Part shown: positions 1 through 7,928 of the stretch, in pieces
How positions within the stretch are numbered: the first letter of the stretch is position 1
How the letters are laid out: every line of letters begins with the position of its first letter
IMG/VR virus record: IMGVR_UViG_3300011158_000001
Coordinates: 1 to 38,866 of that record
Direction: 5' to 3' (one strand)
From: a virus
Length of the DNA stretch: 38,866 bases
Notes under the pieces: model-generated
Database searches by the model: none
What the model was told of the DNA's origin: nothing
What the model saw: the letters and a program-made list of their open reading frames with translations, nothing else
Program-made: the position numbers and the translations under genes

Positions 1-99
1 AGGACGTTTTATCTTTAGCCTCTCCACCCTGGCCTACCAGGAGCTGCAACGGCAAACCGAGTACCGGCACGCGAGCAGCTCGCGTGTGGGGGCGCCGCC
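1..99. repeat. 99-nt terminal overlap, identical to 38768..38866 (circular assembly overlap or terminal redundancy)
   Basis: Base-by-base comparison of the first 99 nt with the last 99 nt shows identity. One ORF (gpU) reads through the junction in frame. Confidence 0.95.
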
Positions 100-427
100 G
101 GCGCGTCAGTTCGTGGGCAAGGGCGACGACAGCATAACCCTGCCCGGCTGGGTCGCGCCGGAGCTTACGGGTACCGCTGCCAGTTTGGACGTGCTGCGCT
201 ACATGGCTGAGTCCGGCTCGGCCTGGCCCATGATCGAAGGCACTGGCCGGATCCTGGGCGTGTGGGTGATCGAAAGCATCAGCGAGACCAGGACGATCTT
301 CTTTCGTGACGGCGCGGCTCGACGTATAGAATTCACCCTGTCGCTCAAGCGCATCGATAACGACCGCACCGATATCCTCGGTGCCGGCATCGCCTCGGCC
401 AATGGCATCCTGCGGAGCATCTTATGA
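1..427 (+). CDS. U: Tail protein gpU, 3' portion (ORF starts at 38754 and continues across the window ends)
   Basis: Translation ...RVGAPPARQFVGKGDDSITLPGWVAPELTG...IFFRDGAARRIEFTLSLKRID matches the remembered P2 gpU pattern. Position 86 is in frame with the ATG at 38754 once the 99-nt overlap is collapsed. Confidence 0.9.
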   Translation, partial: GRFIFSLSTLAYQELQRQTEYRHASSSRVGAPPARQFVGKGDDSITLPGWVAPELTGTAASLDVLRYMAESGSAWPMIEGTGRILGVWVIESISETRTIFFRDGAARRIEFTLSLKRIDNDRTDILGAGIASANGILRSIL

Positions 428-1695
428 TCCGCGAGGCCATCGACCAGGCCACTGGCCAACTGCGCAAGCTGTACGACCAAGAGGTCAACGGTGCCAGCTA
501 TCCAGTCGCTATCTACAAGCTCACCGTCGACGGGACGGACATCAGCAACCTGATAGCGCCGCGGCTGATCAGTCTGGACCTGACCGATAACCGAGGCCTG
601 GAAGCGGATCAGCTCAGCATTGTGCTGAGCGACCAAGATGGCCTGCTCGCTATTCCACAGCGCGGAGCCAAGGTGCGTCTCTGGCTGGGCTGGAATACCA
701 CCGGGCTGGTCGACAAGGGCACGTATATCGTCGATGAGACAGAGCACAGCGGCGCGCCGGACGTGCTGAGCATTCGTGCCCGCAGTGCGGACCTGAGAAA
801 GACGCTCAAGGCTAAGCGAGACGCCGGCTACACCAACACCACCCTGGGTACGATTCTGCGCACCATCGCCACCCGGCAAGGCCTCACGCCGGTCATTGCC
901 AAGGAGCTGGACACGCTTCAGGTGCTACAGCTGGACCAGACCGGCGAATCCGACGCCAACCTACTCACCCGCCTGGGCGAGGATCATGATGCGGTGGCCA
1001 CCATCAAGGCCGGTCGGCTGATCTTCATCCAGCAGGGCAAGGGCAAGACAGCCAGCGGCGCGGATCTGGGCCATATCACCCTCACCCGTGAGGACGGCGA
1101 CCAGCACAGCTACCTGCAGGCGGATCGGGAGAGCTACGAAGGCGTCCGCGCGTATTACTACGATGTAAACAGCGCGAAGAAGCAGCACGCCATTGCCGGT
1201 GGCGGCGATAACCTCAAGGATCTGCGACACACCTACAGCGATCAGGCCAGTGCCCTGCGTGCCGCACGCGCTGAATGGAATCGCCTGCAACGCGGGACCG
1301 CCATCCTCACCTACCAGCTGGCCCTGGGCCGGCCGGATTTGATTCCCGAACTTAGCTACACGCTCATAGGCGTCAAGGCCGAGATCGACGCGATCATCTG
1401 GCATGGCGGCAACGTCCAGCACAGCCTCACCGCAGACGGTGGCTACACCACGCGGCTGGATTTGGAAGCCAAGCTACCCGAAGACTTGGTTTCGGATCTA
1501 TTCGAGGAAGTCCAGGGCGACTATACCGGCGTGATTGCATACTACCGTGACAAGGCGACCGGCAAGGAGATAGCGGCGACGGCAGGCGATCAGACCAAGC
1601 CTAAGCGGTTGCATTACCTGTATGCCAATAAGCACACGGCAAAGCACGCCGTAGAGCGGGAGTGGCGTAAAGTAAATGAATATAAAGCAGATTAA
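424..1695 (+). CDS. D: Tail/late control protein gpD
   Basis: 423 aa, ATGA overlap with gpU. Position after U and sequence character fit the P2 gpD family. Confidence 0.95.
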   Translation: MIREAIDQATGQLRKLYDQEVNGASYPVAIYKLTVDGTDISNLIAPRLISLDLTDNRGLEADQLSIVLSDQDGLLAIPQRGAKVRLWLGWNTTGLVDKGTYIVDETEHSGAPDVLSIRARSADLRKTLKAKRDAGYTNTTLGTILRTIATRQGLTPVIAKELDTLQVLQLDQTGESDANLLTRLGEDHDAVATIKAGRLIFIQQGKGKTASGADLGHITLTREDGDQHSYLQADRESYEGVRAYYYDVNSAKKQHAIAGGGDNLKDLRHTYSDQASALRAARAEWNRLQRGTAILTYQLALGRPDLIPELSYTLIGVKAEIDAIIWHGGNVQHSLTADGGYTTRLDLEAKLPEDLVSDLFEEVQGDYTGVIAYYRDKATGKEIAATAGDQTKPKRLHYLYANKHTAKHAVEREWRKVNEYKAD

Positions 1696-2059
1696 GGATA
1701 CTAACGTGCAGCTCGTAATTCAGTTTCCTAAGAACTTGGTAACGGAGCTACTTATCCAGCAAAAGGACATCCCTTGCTTCTGCAAAATAGCGAAGGACTT
1801 TGAGCTGGATTTTACCGAGTCGATACCTCAGGTCTCAGGAAAAGTCATCCACTGGGATAGAAGAGAGCTGGAGCTGCGTGCGGAGCCTGGAGCAGGAGGA
1901 GAGTACACCCATTACCGTAATGGGCTGGTATCTCTACAAGAGACGGAGCAAAAAGATGTTTATAACATCATAGATCTGAAGCTTTTTTACTACCACTTAG
2001 GGTGGTGCTCAGTTATCACTAATGGTGAATATAGCGCCTACGTACCTGAAGACTTCTAA
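1676..2059 (+). CDS. Hypothetical protein in an AT-rich cassette after gpD (moron)
   Basis: 127-aa ORF. GC drops abruptly relative to gpD. No motif I recognise. The start overlaps the gpD end, and an alternative GTG lies at about 1706. Confidence 0.5.
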   Translation: MNIKQIKDTNVQLVIQFPKNLVTELLIQQKDIPCFCKIAKDFELDFTESIPQVSGKVIHWDRRELELRAEPGAGGEYTHYRNGLVSLQETEQKDVYNIIDLKLFYYHLGWCSVITNGEYSAYVPEDF

Positions 2060-2221
2060 TGTCTCAATGCTCTCAGTTAATAGAGCGAAGTCTTGGCGTC
2101 AAACAGCATTCGCCGCATGGGTGTCCATGCGTCTCGGCTCATATCCTGGGCTAGCAGAACTCACGTCTTTCCCTAATGCCTTCAAGCAGGCTTCTGCTAA
2201 TGGCCGCTTTCGTCTCATTAA

Positions 2222-2308
2222 TACTACCCCTATGCCAACAAGCAGACTGAGAAGCGCGCCGTAGAGCGGGAGTGGAAAAGGATACAGAAAGCAAAGGCGA
2301 CGGGATAG
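2222..2308 (+). pseudogene. Vestigial second copy of the gpD C-terminus
   Basis: Reads YYPYANKQTEKRAVEREWKRIQKAKATG*, preceded by a stop codon. About 50 nt (2227..2277) align to 1617..1667 (..YLYANKHTAKHAVEREW..) at roughly 80% identity. Confidence 0.6.
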
Positions 2309-2475
2309 GCACACAAAAAGTGTCTATACAGTATTGTGAACTGTATCTATATACACTACCATTCATCTAATACTGGTTAGTTATACAGTGTTTTTTGTGT
2401 GACAGGATCTACAAAAGGAATTGTTTTACTGATGTACAAGCATAATGGATTTATTGCAGATCCTGTAGACACAAA

Positions 2476-2506
2476 AGCCCAGCTGTCGGGCTGGGTCATT
2501 TTTCTT
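2476..2506 (+). terminator. Candidate rho-independent terminator closing the D/moron transcript
   Basis: Stem cccagc / gctggg (2478..2483 / 2490..2495), followed by tcatttttctt. Confidence 0.45.
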
Positions 2507-2531
2507 CACGATAGCTTACTGAAGCTAGGCG

Positions 2532-2891
2532 TTACTTTTTTGCAGCTCCTGACAGGCTTCGTAGCACGTTGCGAGCTGTCTCCCTCTCCGCTTCAGGAAG
2601 ATTCCGAATATAGCCCAGCATCTCCGAGTCATAAGGAGATAAAACCAGCCCAGCTTGTTCGATGTGCTGCCCAGTCAATACATAGATTACGTCTATACCT
2701 GCCTCAGCGATGGCTGAAAGATATCCCGTATCCGGATGACCATTATTTTTCTCGTATTTGATTTGGGTAACTTTCCCAACGCCACCAATTGCTGCCAGTT
2801 GAGGCTGAGTCAGACCTAAACGTACTCGCTCTTCCTTAAGTCGCAAACCGTCAAAGGACAAAAAATTAAACCTCTTTATTGACACGTTCAT
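2532..2891 (-). CDS. CI-like immunity repressor (XRE-family HTH)
   Basis: LRLKEERVRLGLTQPQLAAIGGVGKVTQIKYEKN is a classic HTH_3 segment. The gene is divergent from a small HTH gene, as in lysogeny switches. Confidence 0.8.
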   Translation of the reverse strand: MNVSIKRFNFLSFDGLRLKEERVRLGLTQPQLAAIGGVGKVTQIKYEKNNGHPDTGYLSAIAEAGIDVIYVLTGQHIEQAGLVLSPYDSEMLGYIRNLPEAERETARNVLRSLSGAAKK

Positions 2892-2906
2892 AAAAATGAA
2901 CCAGTC

Positions 2907-2927
2907 TTGTAAGTAAATTTACTAGAA
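2907..2927. promoter_or_regulatory. Candidate operator in the divergent repressor/cro intergenic region
   Basis: Perfect 12-bp palindrome agtaaatttact (2912..2923), embedded in ttgta-N11-tagaa. This is one mismatch from the late-operon dyad TTGTA-N11-TACAA. Confidence 0.4.
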
Positions 2928-2944
2928 TCACACGGTTTTGCACT

Positions 2945-3157
2945 ATGCCGAACGCAGACATCCCCGAGCAAGCACGGAATCAGGCTAAAAACAGGCTTAA
3001 ACGGCTCGGAATTACTGCCAAGGACTTCGCAAAAGCGAACAAGCTGAGCCCTAGTACGGTGTATGCCGTACTGAATGGGCAAAAGAAGTGTGTGCGGGGA
3101 GAGTCTCACCGCGCCGCTGTACTGCTCGGTCTCAAAAACGGCGTGGTTCTAAGTTAA
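2945..3157 (+). CDS. Small Cro/Ner-like HTH DNA-binding protein
   Basis: 70 aa. ITAKDFAKANKLSPSTVYAVLNG...RGESHRAAVLLGLK resembles Ner/Nlp-type HTH proteins. It is the first gene of the rightward early operon. Confidence 0.6.
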   Translation: MPNADIPEQARNQAKNRLKRLGITAKDFAKANKLSPSTVYAVLNGQKKCVRGESHRAAVLLGLKNGVVLS

Positions 3158-3186
3158 TTCCTGAAGGCTTAAAGAGAAACGAGAAC

Positions 3187-3666
3187 ATGAAAAAGAGCGT
3201 TCTAGAGACTCGCCGTCAGGTGGCCAGCGCCGTGATCTGTGACTATCCAGGCGGCCGCGAATGTGCAGCCGCTCGATTGGGCATGCCGCTCAAGAAGTTT
3301 GACAACCACCTGTATGAGAACGCGGGCAGCCGTCCTCTGACTGACGACCAGATCGTCCAGCTGGAAAAGGATGCGGGTACCACGCATTTGCCGGACTACA
3401 TCGCGGCCCAATACGGCGGTGTGTTCGTGAAGCTCGACGAGGCGGGCAACCTGGACAACATCGATCTGTACACCTTTGCCGTGAACACCTCGACCAAGCG
3501 CGGGCTGGTCGACCAGATCATTGCCAAGGCTTTAGAAGACGGCGTCGTGGATGAAAGCGAGATAGCTCAGATCCTGGCGGCACATCGTCAACACATGAGC
3601 GCGCGCTGCACTGAGGTGTACTCGGTTATTGCGTTGCACTCGAAACCGTCAGGCTCAAGGCACTGA
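3187..3666 (+). CDS. CII-like regulatory protein (Phage_CP76/YdaT-like)
   Basis: Start moved to ATG 3187 (MKKSVLE), which has an upstream purine-rich stretch. AARLGMPLKKFDNHLYENAGSRPLTDDQIVQLEKD recalls the 186 CII architecture. Assigned from memory only. Confidence 0.5.
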   Translation: MKKSVLETRRQVASAVICDYPGGRECAAARLGMPLKKFDNHLYENAGSRPLTDDQIVQLEKDAGTTHLPDYIAAQYGGVFVKLDEAGNLDNIDLYTFAVNTSTKRGLVDQIIAKALEDGVVDESEIAQILAAHRQHMSARCTEVYSVIALHSKPSGSRH

Positions 3667-3799
3667 CCGCCTAGCCAGTACAAACGCAAGGCCCTGCAGT
3701 ATCAAAGGTAACGAGAATGAAGTACGTACCTGAAGAATTAGGCCTCAACGCCACCGCTTCCGAGGATAGGGGAGCTGCAAAACCATGGGAGCAATGGCA

Positions 3800-4081
3800 A
3801 TGAAATGCCCGAGCTGCCGTGAAAAGCTCCGTATGCGCACCACAGAAGAGGAGGCACCATGCTTCAAGAATGTATGGTACGAGTGCACCAATTTCGACTG
3901 TGGGGCGACCTTCAAGGGTCATCAGACCATCGTTCACCAGATCCGGCCATCTGCGCTGGAGCAGCCTTATCACGTGGTGCCCATGGCTCCGACCGTGACC
4001 GGGAAGCTCAAGCCCAAGATCCCGCAGGGCTCCACCAAGCCAGCCTCGCTGGATAAATCTGGTTCGGAGCAGCGTCCATGA
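3800..4081 (+). CDS. ogr: Ogr/Delta-type zinc-finger late transcription activator
   Basis: MKCPSCREKLRMRTTEEE..YECTNFDCGATF gives the CxxC...CxxxxC spacing typical of P2 Ogr. Confidence 0.8.
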   Translation: MKCPSCREKLRMRTTEEEAPCFKNVWYECTNFDCGATFKGHQTIVHQIRPSALEQPYHVVPMAPTVTGKLKPKIPQGSTKPASLDKSGSEQRP

Positions 4082-4440
4082 ACATTCAGCCCCCTGAACA
4101 CTACCTGGACAGCATGCAGGCCGCTGCCCTCTCCTTCCTAATTCGTCACCAAGCCGAACACCTGAGCAATACGGATCAGCTGATCGAGCGCGCCGTGACC
4201 CACCTCAACGAGCGGTTGCAGGTGCCAGAACACACGGCCAAGCGCCTGGTCGAGCGTGCCTATTCCGAACTCAAGCCCGAGCCTGAGCATCGCTACCTGG
4301 ACGTAGACAGCAGCACCGGCCTGGTCGCCGTGCTTGTGGATCCGGAGTCTGGCCGGCGTTATCGAATACCCATAGCGGAAGTCTTCGCGGCGTGTATCGA
4401 CGATCCGGATCTGCCGCCTAAACCAAGCTCAACTCACTAA
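4078..4440 (+). CDS. Hypothetical protein
   Basis: 120-aa ORF with backbone GC, ATGA-coupled to ogr. No recognisable motif. Confidence 0.5.
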   Translation: MNIQPPEHYLDSMQAAALSFLIRHQAEHLSNTDQLIERAVTHLNERLQVPEHTAKRLVERAYSELKPEPEHRYLDVDSSTGLVAVLVDPESGRRYRIPIAEVFAACIDDPDLPPKPSSTH

Positions 4441-4500
4441 TACCAGCCCAAAATTCTCAATGGGTTTGGGGAAGCTTTGCCCGCTGTACAAGGAAACGTT

Positions 4501-5379
4501 ATGCAAACCGCTCAAAACACCGCTGCAAAGGTCCTGCAGCGTACAAGCAGAAAGCGTCGTGCCCCGGCTGATTCGCCGGCCTCTGCGCTCTATGCAGCGG
4601 TGTCTGTTCGCGGCAAGCCTTCCCTTCCAGACATGGCCAAAAGCAACCTGGCCAAGTTATCTGAAAAGCAGTGCAAGACGTTCCTGGGTGAAGCGGCAAA
4701 GCGTATCAAGGCCGAAGCCAATACGCGCGCCGGTAAATGGCTGCGCAACCTCGATCGGCTGCATAAGTCCGGCCGTCGAACTCGGCAGGAAAGCTGGGAC
4801 AAGCTCGCGGCGATTATTGAGCCCATGCTGGCCAGACTGGATATGGCCACAATGGTGCTTGGCTGGCTGGATAATGAGGGCCAGTTTCGTCTCAATCTTC
4901 AAAACCGTATCGCGGTAGATTCAAACCTCAAGCAATGTGCGCTATCTAGGCTACTGAAGCTACTCAGCGAGGCACGATATATCCGCCGCGTACACAAACG
5001 CCTCTATCAAGACGGCAAGCGTTGGATCACCCGTACCATGATTGTGCTTCGGCCACGCTTCTTCATCGAGCTAGGCCTGGCCCATCAGCTGGCCCAGGCA
5101 CGCACACGAAAGAAAGAGAAACGCCGCGCAAAGCTCGCTGAGATCGCACGACGTCAAAACCAGCAAGCACTCCAAGAGCTAGCTGATAATCAAGCAAGAG
5201 TCGCACGTAAGCGCAGCTTTCAGGCACGTGAGCGCATCACAGCAGAGCGCGCACTAGATGAGCAGCAGCAACAGACACGCCGTAACCAAGCTGCAGATCT
5301 AGCAGAGTTCGCCAAGCAACATAAGCACCTAGAATACTCAGACGTAATCAGGCTCTGGAAGAGTTTGAACCAAGCTTAA
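4501..5379 (+). CDS. Putative replication initiator, IncFII RepA-like
   Basis: ATG 4501 is preceded by aggaa. The central region LARLDMATMVLGWLDNEGQF..IAVDSNL..SRLLKLLSEARYIRRV...WITRTMIVLRPRFFIELGL and the basic coiled C-terminus parallel the remembered R1/R100 RepA layout. Confidence 0.45.
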   Translation: MQTAQNTAAKVLQRTSRKRRAPADSPASALYAAVSVRGKPSLPDMAKSNLAKLSEKQCKTFLGEAAKRIKAEANTRAGKWLRNLDRLHKSGRRTRQESWDKLAAIIEPMLARLDMATMVLGWLDNEGQFRLNLQNRIAVDSNLKQCALSRLLKLLSEARYIRRVHKRLYQDGKRWITRTMIVLRPRFFIELGLAHQLAQARTRKKEKRRAKLAEIARRQNQQALQELADNQARVARKRSFQARERITAERALDEQQQQTRRNQAADLAEFAKQHKHLEYSDVIRLWKSLNQA

Positions 5380-6230
5380 TCCCTCTCAACAAATTCAAAC
5401 CGTCTCAGGCGGTGCCTCTACTCGTCTACACCCTGCCCTCCCCTGCTTTTTCAGCTCATAGCCAGCTCAGGTGAACCCAAAACTGAGTCCAAGCCGTTGG
5501 CCAAGCGTATTCCAGAAATACGGTTAATGCTGTAATGCTGGTATTACTAGTGATAACTGCAAATTTAGGTGTGCTGTGGTACCAGCTACGCTTATAAAAC
5601 AGAGCCTTTGGATCGTGCCGGTATCAACTCCGTACAGACCTGATGCATTTGTATTGATGCTTCCCCGACTTCGCGCCTACAGGCGCGCGGGGTCCCCTAG
5701 GTTCCCACTGGAACAACAGAGCTGCTTGAGTGTTCTCGCGCCCTTCCAGTCATTGCACGCCGCACAACCATCAAGGTTTCCCTAACAGTTCTGAGCGGCG
5801 GCGTTTCACTCCTTCACGGCGCTGCCTTTCGGCTTCGTCTCGCAAGCGAGCCGGGGCAAACAATAAGGGGGCGGTCGAGGTCTTTCGCAGCGGGTTTTCA
5901 GAGCCTTTAAGAGCAGGCAAAGCGTCACATGAGAAGCAGATCCGTAGGCGCGCGATGGGGGCCGCAGAAAAGGGGGACCTCTGCAGGGTTTTGCAGGGTT
6001 TTCCTAACGGTGAAAATGCCGCGCAGGCCCCGTAGTGGGCCGCTCAGAGGCCAGCGCAGGGGTGCAGAAAAAGCGACCTATTTAGCCCCCAGGCGTCGTG
6101 GGGGGACGATTGCGCGCGCCGGGTGCTGGAGCTTGGTGATTTTCCTCGCGCGTGCTTTTGGGGACGTTCTATCTAGACGTCGCCAGCGCGTAGCGAGCAC
6201 AGATAGTGAAGCGGAGCTCCTACATGCGAT
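5380..6230. other. ORF-poor, GC-rich repeat-bearing region (candidate ori and/or cos)
   Basis: Only overlapping Arg/Ser/Pro-rich ORFs in three frames. Hairpin ccccg..cgcgcc-taca-ggcgcg-cgggg at about 5662..5695. Tandem tgcagggtttt x2 at about 5981..6003. Repeated gcgc..gggg..gcagaaaa at about 5950 and about 6055. Three GGGGAC motifs. Confidence 0.5.
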
Positions 6231-6310
6231 ACATGTATGAAATACATTCAAAGTAATTACGATATACATATTTCATACGTATAAAATATGTATTGCATAT
6301 GTATTTGGTA
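6230..6310. repeat. AT-rich centromere/operator-like repeats upstream of parA
   Basis: tatgaaatacat (6236..6247), acatatttcatacgtat (6266..6282) and catatgtatt x2 (6285..6308). The same motif family occurs at 7352..7458. Confidence 0.5.
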
Positions 6311-6358
6311 TTGATATCATCCGTACCGCATACATAACCAGATGCCACGGGAGGCGTC

Positions 6359-7027
6359 ATGATCGTTCTCATCGGCAATACGAAAGGCGGTACCGGCAAG
6401 AGCACCACTTCCGTTCAGCTCGCAGTCGCACGAGCTAACCAAGGCAAGAATGTTTGGCTGGTCGATGGAGATCCGCAGAACAGTTCCGGCCAGGCTATTA
6501 CGCTTCGTTTGATGGATGGAGTAAAACCAGCCGTCGCTGCATCCCATTACCCGAAAGGCGATGACTTCTACGTCCAGGTTGAGCATCAATCCAAACTTTA
6601 TGATGACGTAATCCTGGACTGTGGTGGTTTCGATAGCGAGTCGTTGCGTTCCGCCTTGGCCTTGGCCGATGTACTAGTGGTCCCGTTCCAACCTCGCGCC
6701 TTCGACACTTGGGCACTTAGCAAAATGGCTTCTCTTATAGATGAAGCACAACGCGCACGTTCGCGAGCCAAGATTCAACCCCTCCGTGTGCATGCCATGC
6801 TTTCTATGGCTGATCCTGGTGTGAATGCCTCTGACAACCTTGAAGCTGAAAGGGTACTCGAGCATTACCCGCAACTTCCTTTCTTGGATGCATCGCTCGG
6901 CGATCGAAAGGCATTTGCTGTTGCATCAAGCCGCGGGCTTAGCGTCGATGAACTTGAGCGTAAGGATCAGAAAGCCAGCTTCGAGCTCAAGCGCCTGGTG
7001 CGTCATATCTTTGGAGATGTTGAATGA
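6359..7027 (+). CDS. parA: ParA partition ATPase (small, type Ib)
   Basis: Deviant Walker A motif GNTKGGTGKST at the N-terminus. 222 aa with no N-terminal HTH. Confidence 0.9.
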   Translation: MIVLIGNTKGGTGKSTTSVQLAVARANQGKNVWLVDGDPQNSSGQAITLRLMDGVKPAVAASHYPKGDDFYVQVEHQSKLYDDVILDCGGFDSESLRSALALADVLVVPFQPRAFDTWALSKMASLIDEAQRARSRAKIQPLRVHAMLSMADPGVNASDNLEAERVLEHYPQLPFLDASLGDRKAFAVASSRGLSVDELERKDQKASFELKRLVRHIFGDVE

Positions 7028-7314
7028 AAAAGAAGGTATCGATGCTTCCCCCTGGAATGGCTCCAGCTGCACCAACCGAGCAGCCAGATAACCAAGCCAT
7101 AAAGCAGTTCATCCAGGGTGCTCCCGATAGCGGTAAACCAGCCGAAACTGAGGTGCCTAAAAAGAAGAAGAAAAGGGAGCCGGTAACGATGCTTTATCCA
7201 TCCGATCTGCTTGAGCGTGTAGATGAATTTGTTCGAAATGACGAGGTTTTGAACACCAGGACAGCTTTCGTTATGCAAGCTATTCGGAATGAACTCAAGC
7301 GGCTACAGGAGTGA
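7024..7314 (+). CDS. ParG-like ribbon-helix-helix centromere-binding protein
   Basis: 96 aa, ATGA-coupled to parA. Disordered basic N-terminus, with a C-terminal VTMLYPSDLLERVDEFVR..RTAFVMQAIRNEL that fits an RHH fold. Confidence 0.65.
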   Translation: MKKKVSMLPPGMAPAAPTEQPDNQAIKQFIQGAPDSGKPAETEVPKKKKKREPVTMLYPSDLLERVDEFVRNDEVLNTRTAFVMQAIRNELKRLQE

Positions 7315-7351
7315 GCCGCTTGTTTCAACGCTCAGTCTATATGCTACTGCA

Positions 7352-7458
7352 CATATGAAATACGTATAATATACGTATTTCATGAATATAAAATACATAT
7401 TTATTGAGTATGTCATAGGTAAATCATACGTATAACGTAAGTATTTCATATGTATTTG
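7352..7458. repeat. AT-rich centromere-like repeats downstream of the par operon, including a 29-bp palindrome
   Basis: atgaaatacgtata-a-tatacgtatttcat at 7355..7383 (14-bp perfect arms). Further copies tcatacgtataacg (7424..7437) and gtatttcatatgtatttg (7441..7458). Confidence 0.55.
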
Positions 7459-7465
7459 CTTTTCG

Positions 7466-7869
7466 TGCTACAAATTCCGGACTTTTCCGGGATAGGGGCC
7501 GATGACTTAGAAATGGGCTAGAAAGCCTTTCCTGATCAACGCTTTTCAGCAGATCTGTTAGTTAATAGCGGGTCTCATGCTACAAATGCCGGACTTTCCG
7601 ATTTTCATAGCGACTAGGGGAGGGGGGTAGCTTACCCGGTGCTACAAATTCTGGACTTTTGCTCTTAAAAAAGACTTAAAAAATCAGTGTTCTTGATCTG
7701 TTTTTTTATCTTGTTTTTTAACTTGTTTATAGAGATCGCTGCAGGCCTTTAGCCATGCGGCTTCCAGCGAAGCGCGTGCTACAAATTCCGGACTTTGCGC
7801 TACAAATTCCGAACTCTCTGCTACAAAAAACGGATGTTATCCACATTCGAGCTACAAATTCCGGACATG
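7466..7869. repeat. Iteron array / oriV
   Basis: TGCTACAAATTCCGGACTTT-like 20-mers start at 7466, 7578, 7640, 7777, 7798, 7819 and 7850. The last four are in tandem at 21-31 bp spacing. An A+T-rich tract with GATC sites lies at 7661..7735. The array sits immediately upstream of a Rep_3 gene. Confidence 0.85.
7837..7845 (+). promoter_or_regulatory. DnaA box
   Basis: Perfect TTATCCACA between iterons 6 and 7. Confidence 0.5.
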
Positions 7870-7928
7870 TAGCAGATAGGCTTTTGATTGGATACACTCG
7901 GCCTTTCATTCCCGGCATGTGACTCATT

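Noticed and set aside
1-99. The 99-nt terminal repeat, considered as a biological LTR or IS-type direct repeat
   Set aside because: A single conserved gene (gpU) reads continuously through the junction, so it is most simply an assembly overlap of a circular molecule. A true phage terminal redundancy cannot be excluded without read data.
199-879. 226-aa minus-strand ORF antisense to gpU/gpD. Similar long antisense ORFs occur at 20093..20590, 22014..22562, 23627..24583, 33963..34676 and 35501..36151.
   Set aside because: Each lies opposite a gene with strong P2 homology. Their translations are Arg/Ala/Gly/Pro-rich low-complexity sequence, typical of shadow ORFs in roughly 60% GC DNA.
2399-2761. 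120-aa plus-strand ORF
   Set aside because: It overlaps the clearly HTH-bearing CI-like repressor on the minus strand, has no motif, and crosses a terminator-like hairpin.
3718-3804. 28-codon ORF (MKYVPEELGLNATASEDRGAAKPWEQWQ*) just upstream of ogr and overlapping it
   Set aside because: It is too short and featureless to support from sequence alone. Noted only.
4477-5379. Possibility that the element is a linear N15/phiHAP-1-type plasmid prophage, with this ORF or another acting as protelomerase
   Set aside because: No ORF of protelomerase size (about 500-650 aa) exists apart from the RT-protease, terminase and TIR proteins. No long telomere-type palindrome was seen. The sequence closes as a circle.
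5576-6269. Four overlapping ORFs (5576..5785, 5730..6035, 5929..6240 on the plus strand, 6078..6269 on the minus strand), considered as a frameshifted pseudogene
   Set aside because: The translations are R/S/P/G-rich nonsense with no family resemblance, and the region is full of DNA-level repeats. It is treated as non-coding.
7466-7869. Repeated 20-mers, considered as a CRISPR array
   Set aside because: Spacing is irregular (21 to about 110 bp) and the repeats are degenerate. There are no cas genes. A DnaA box, an AT-rich tract and an adjacent Rep_3 gene identify them as iterons.
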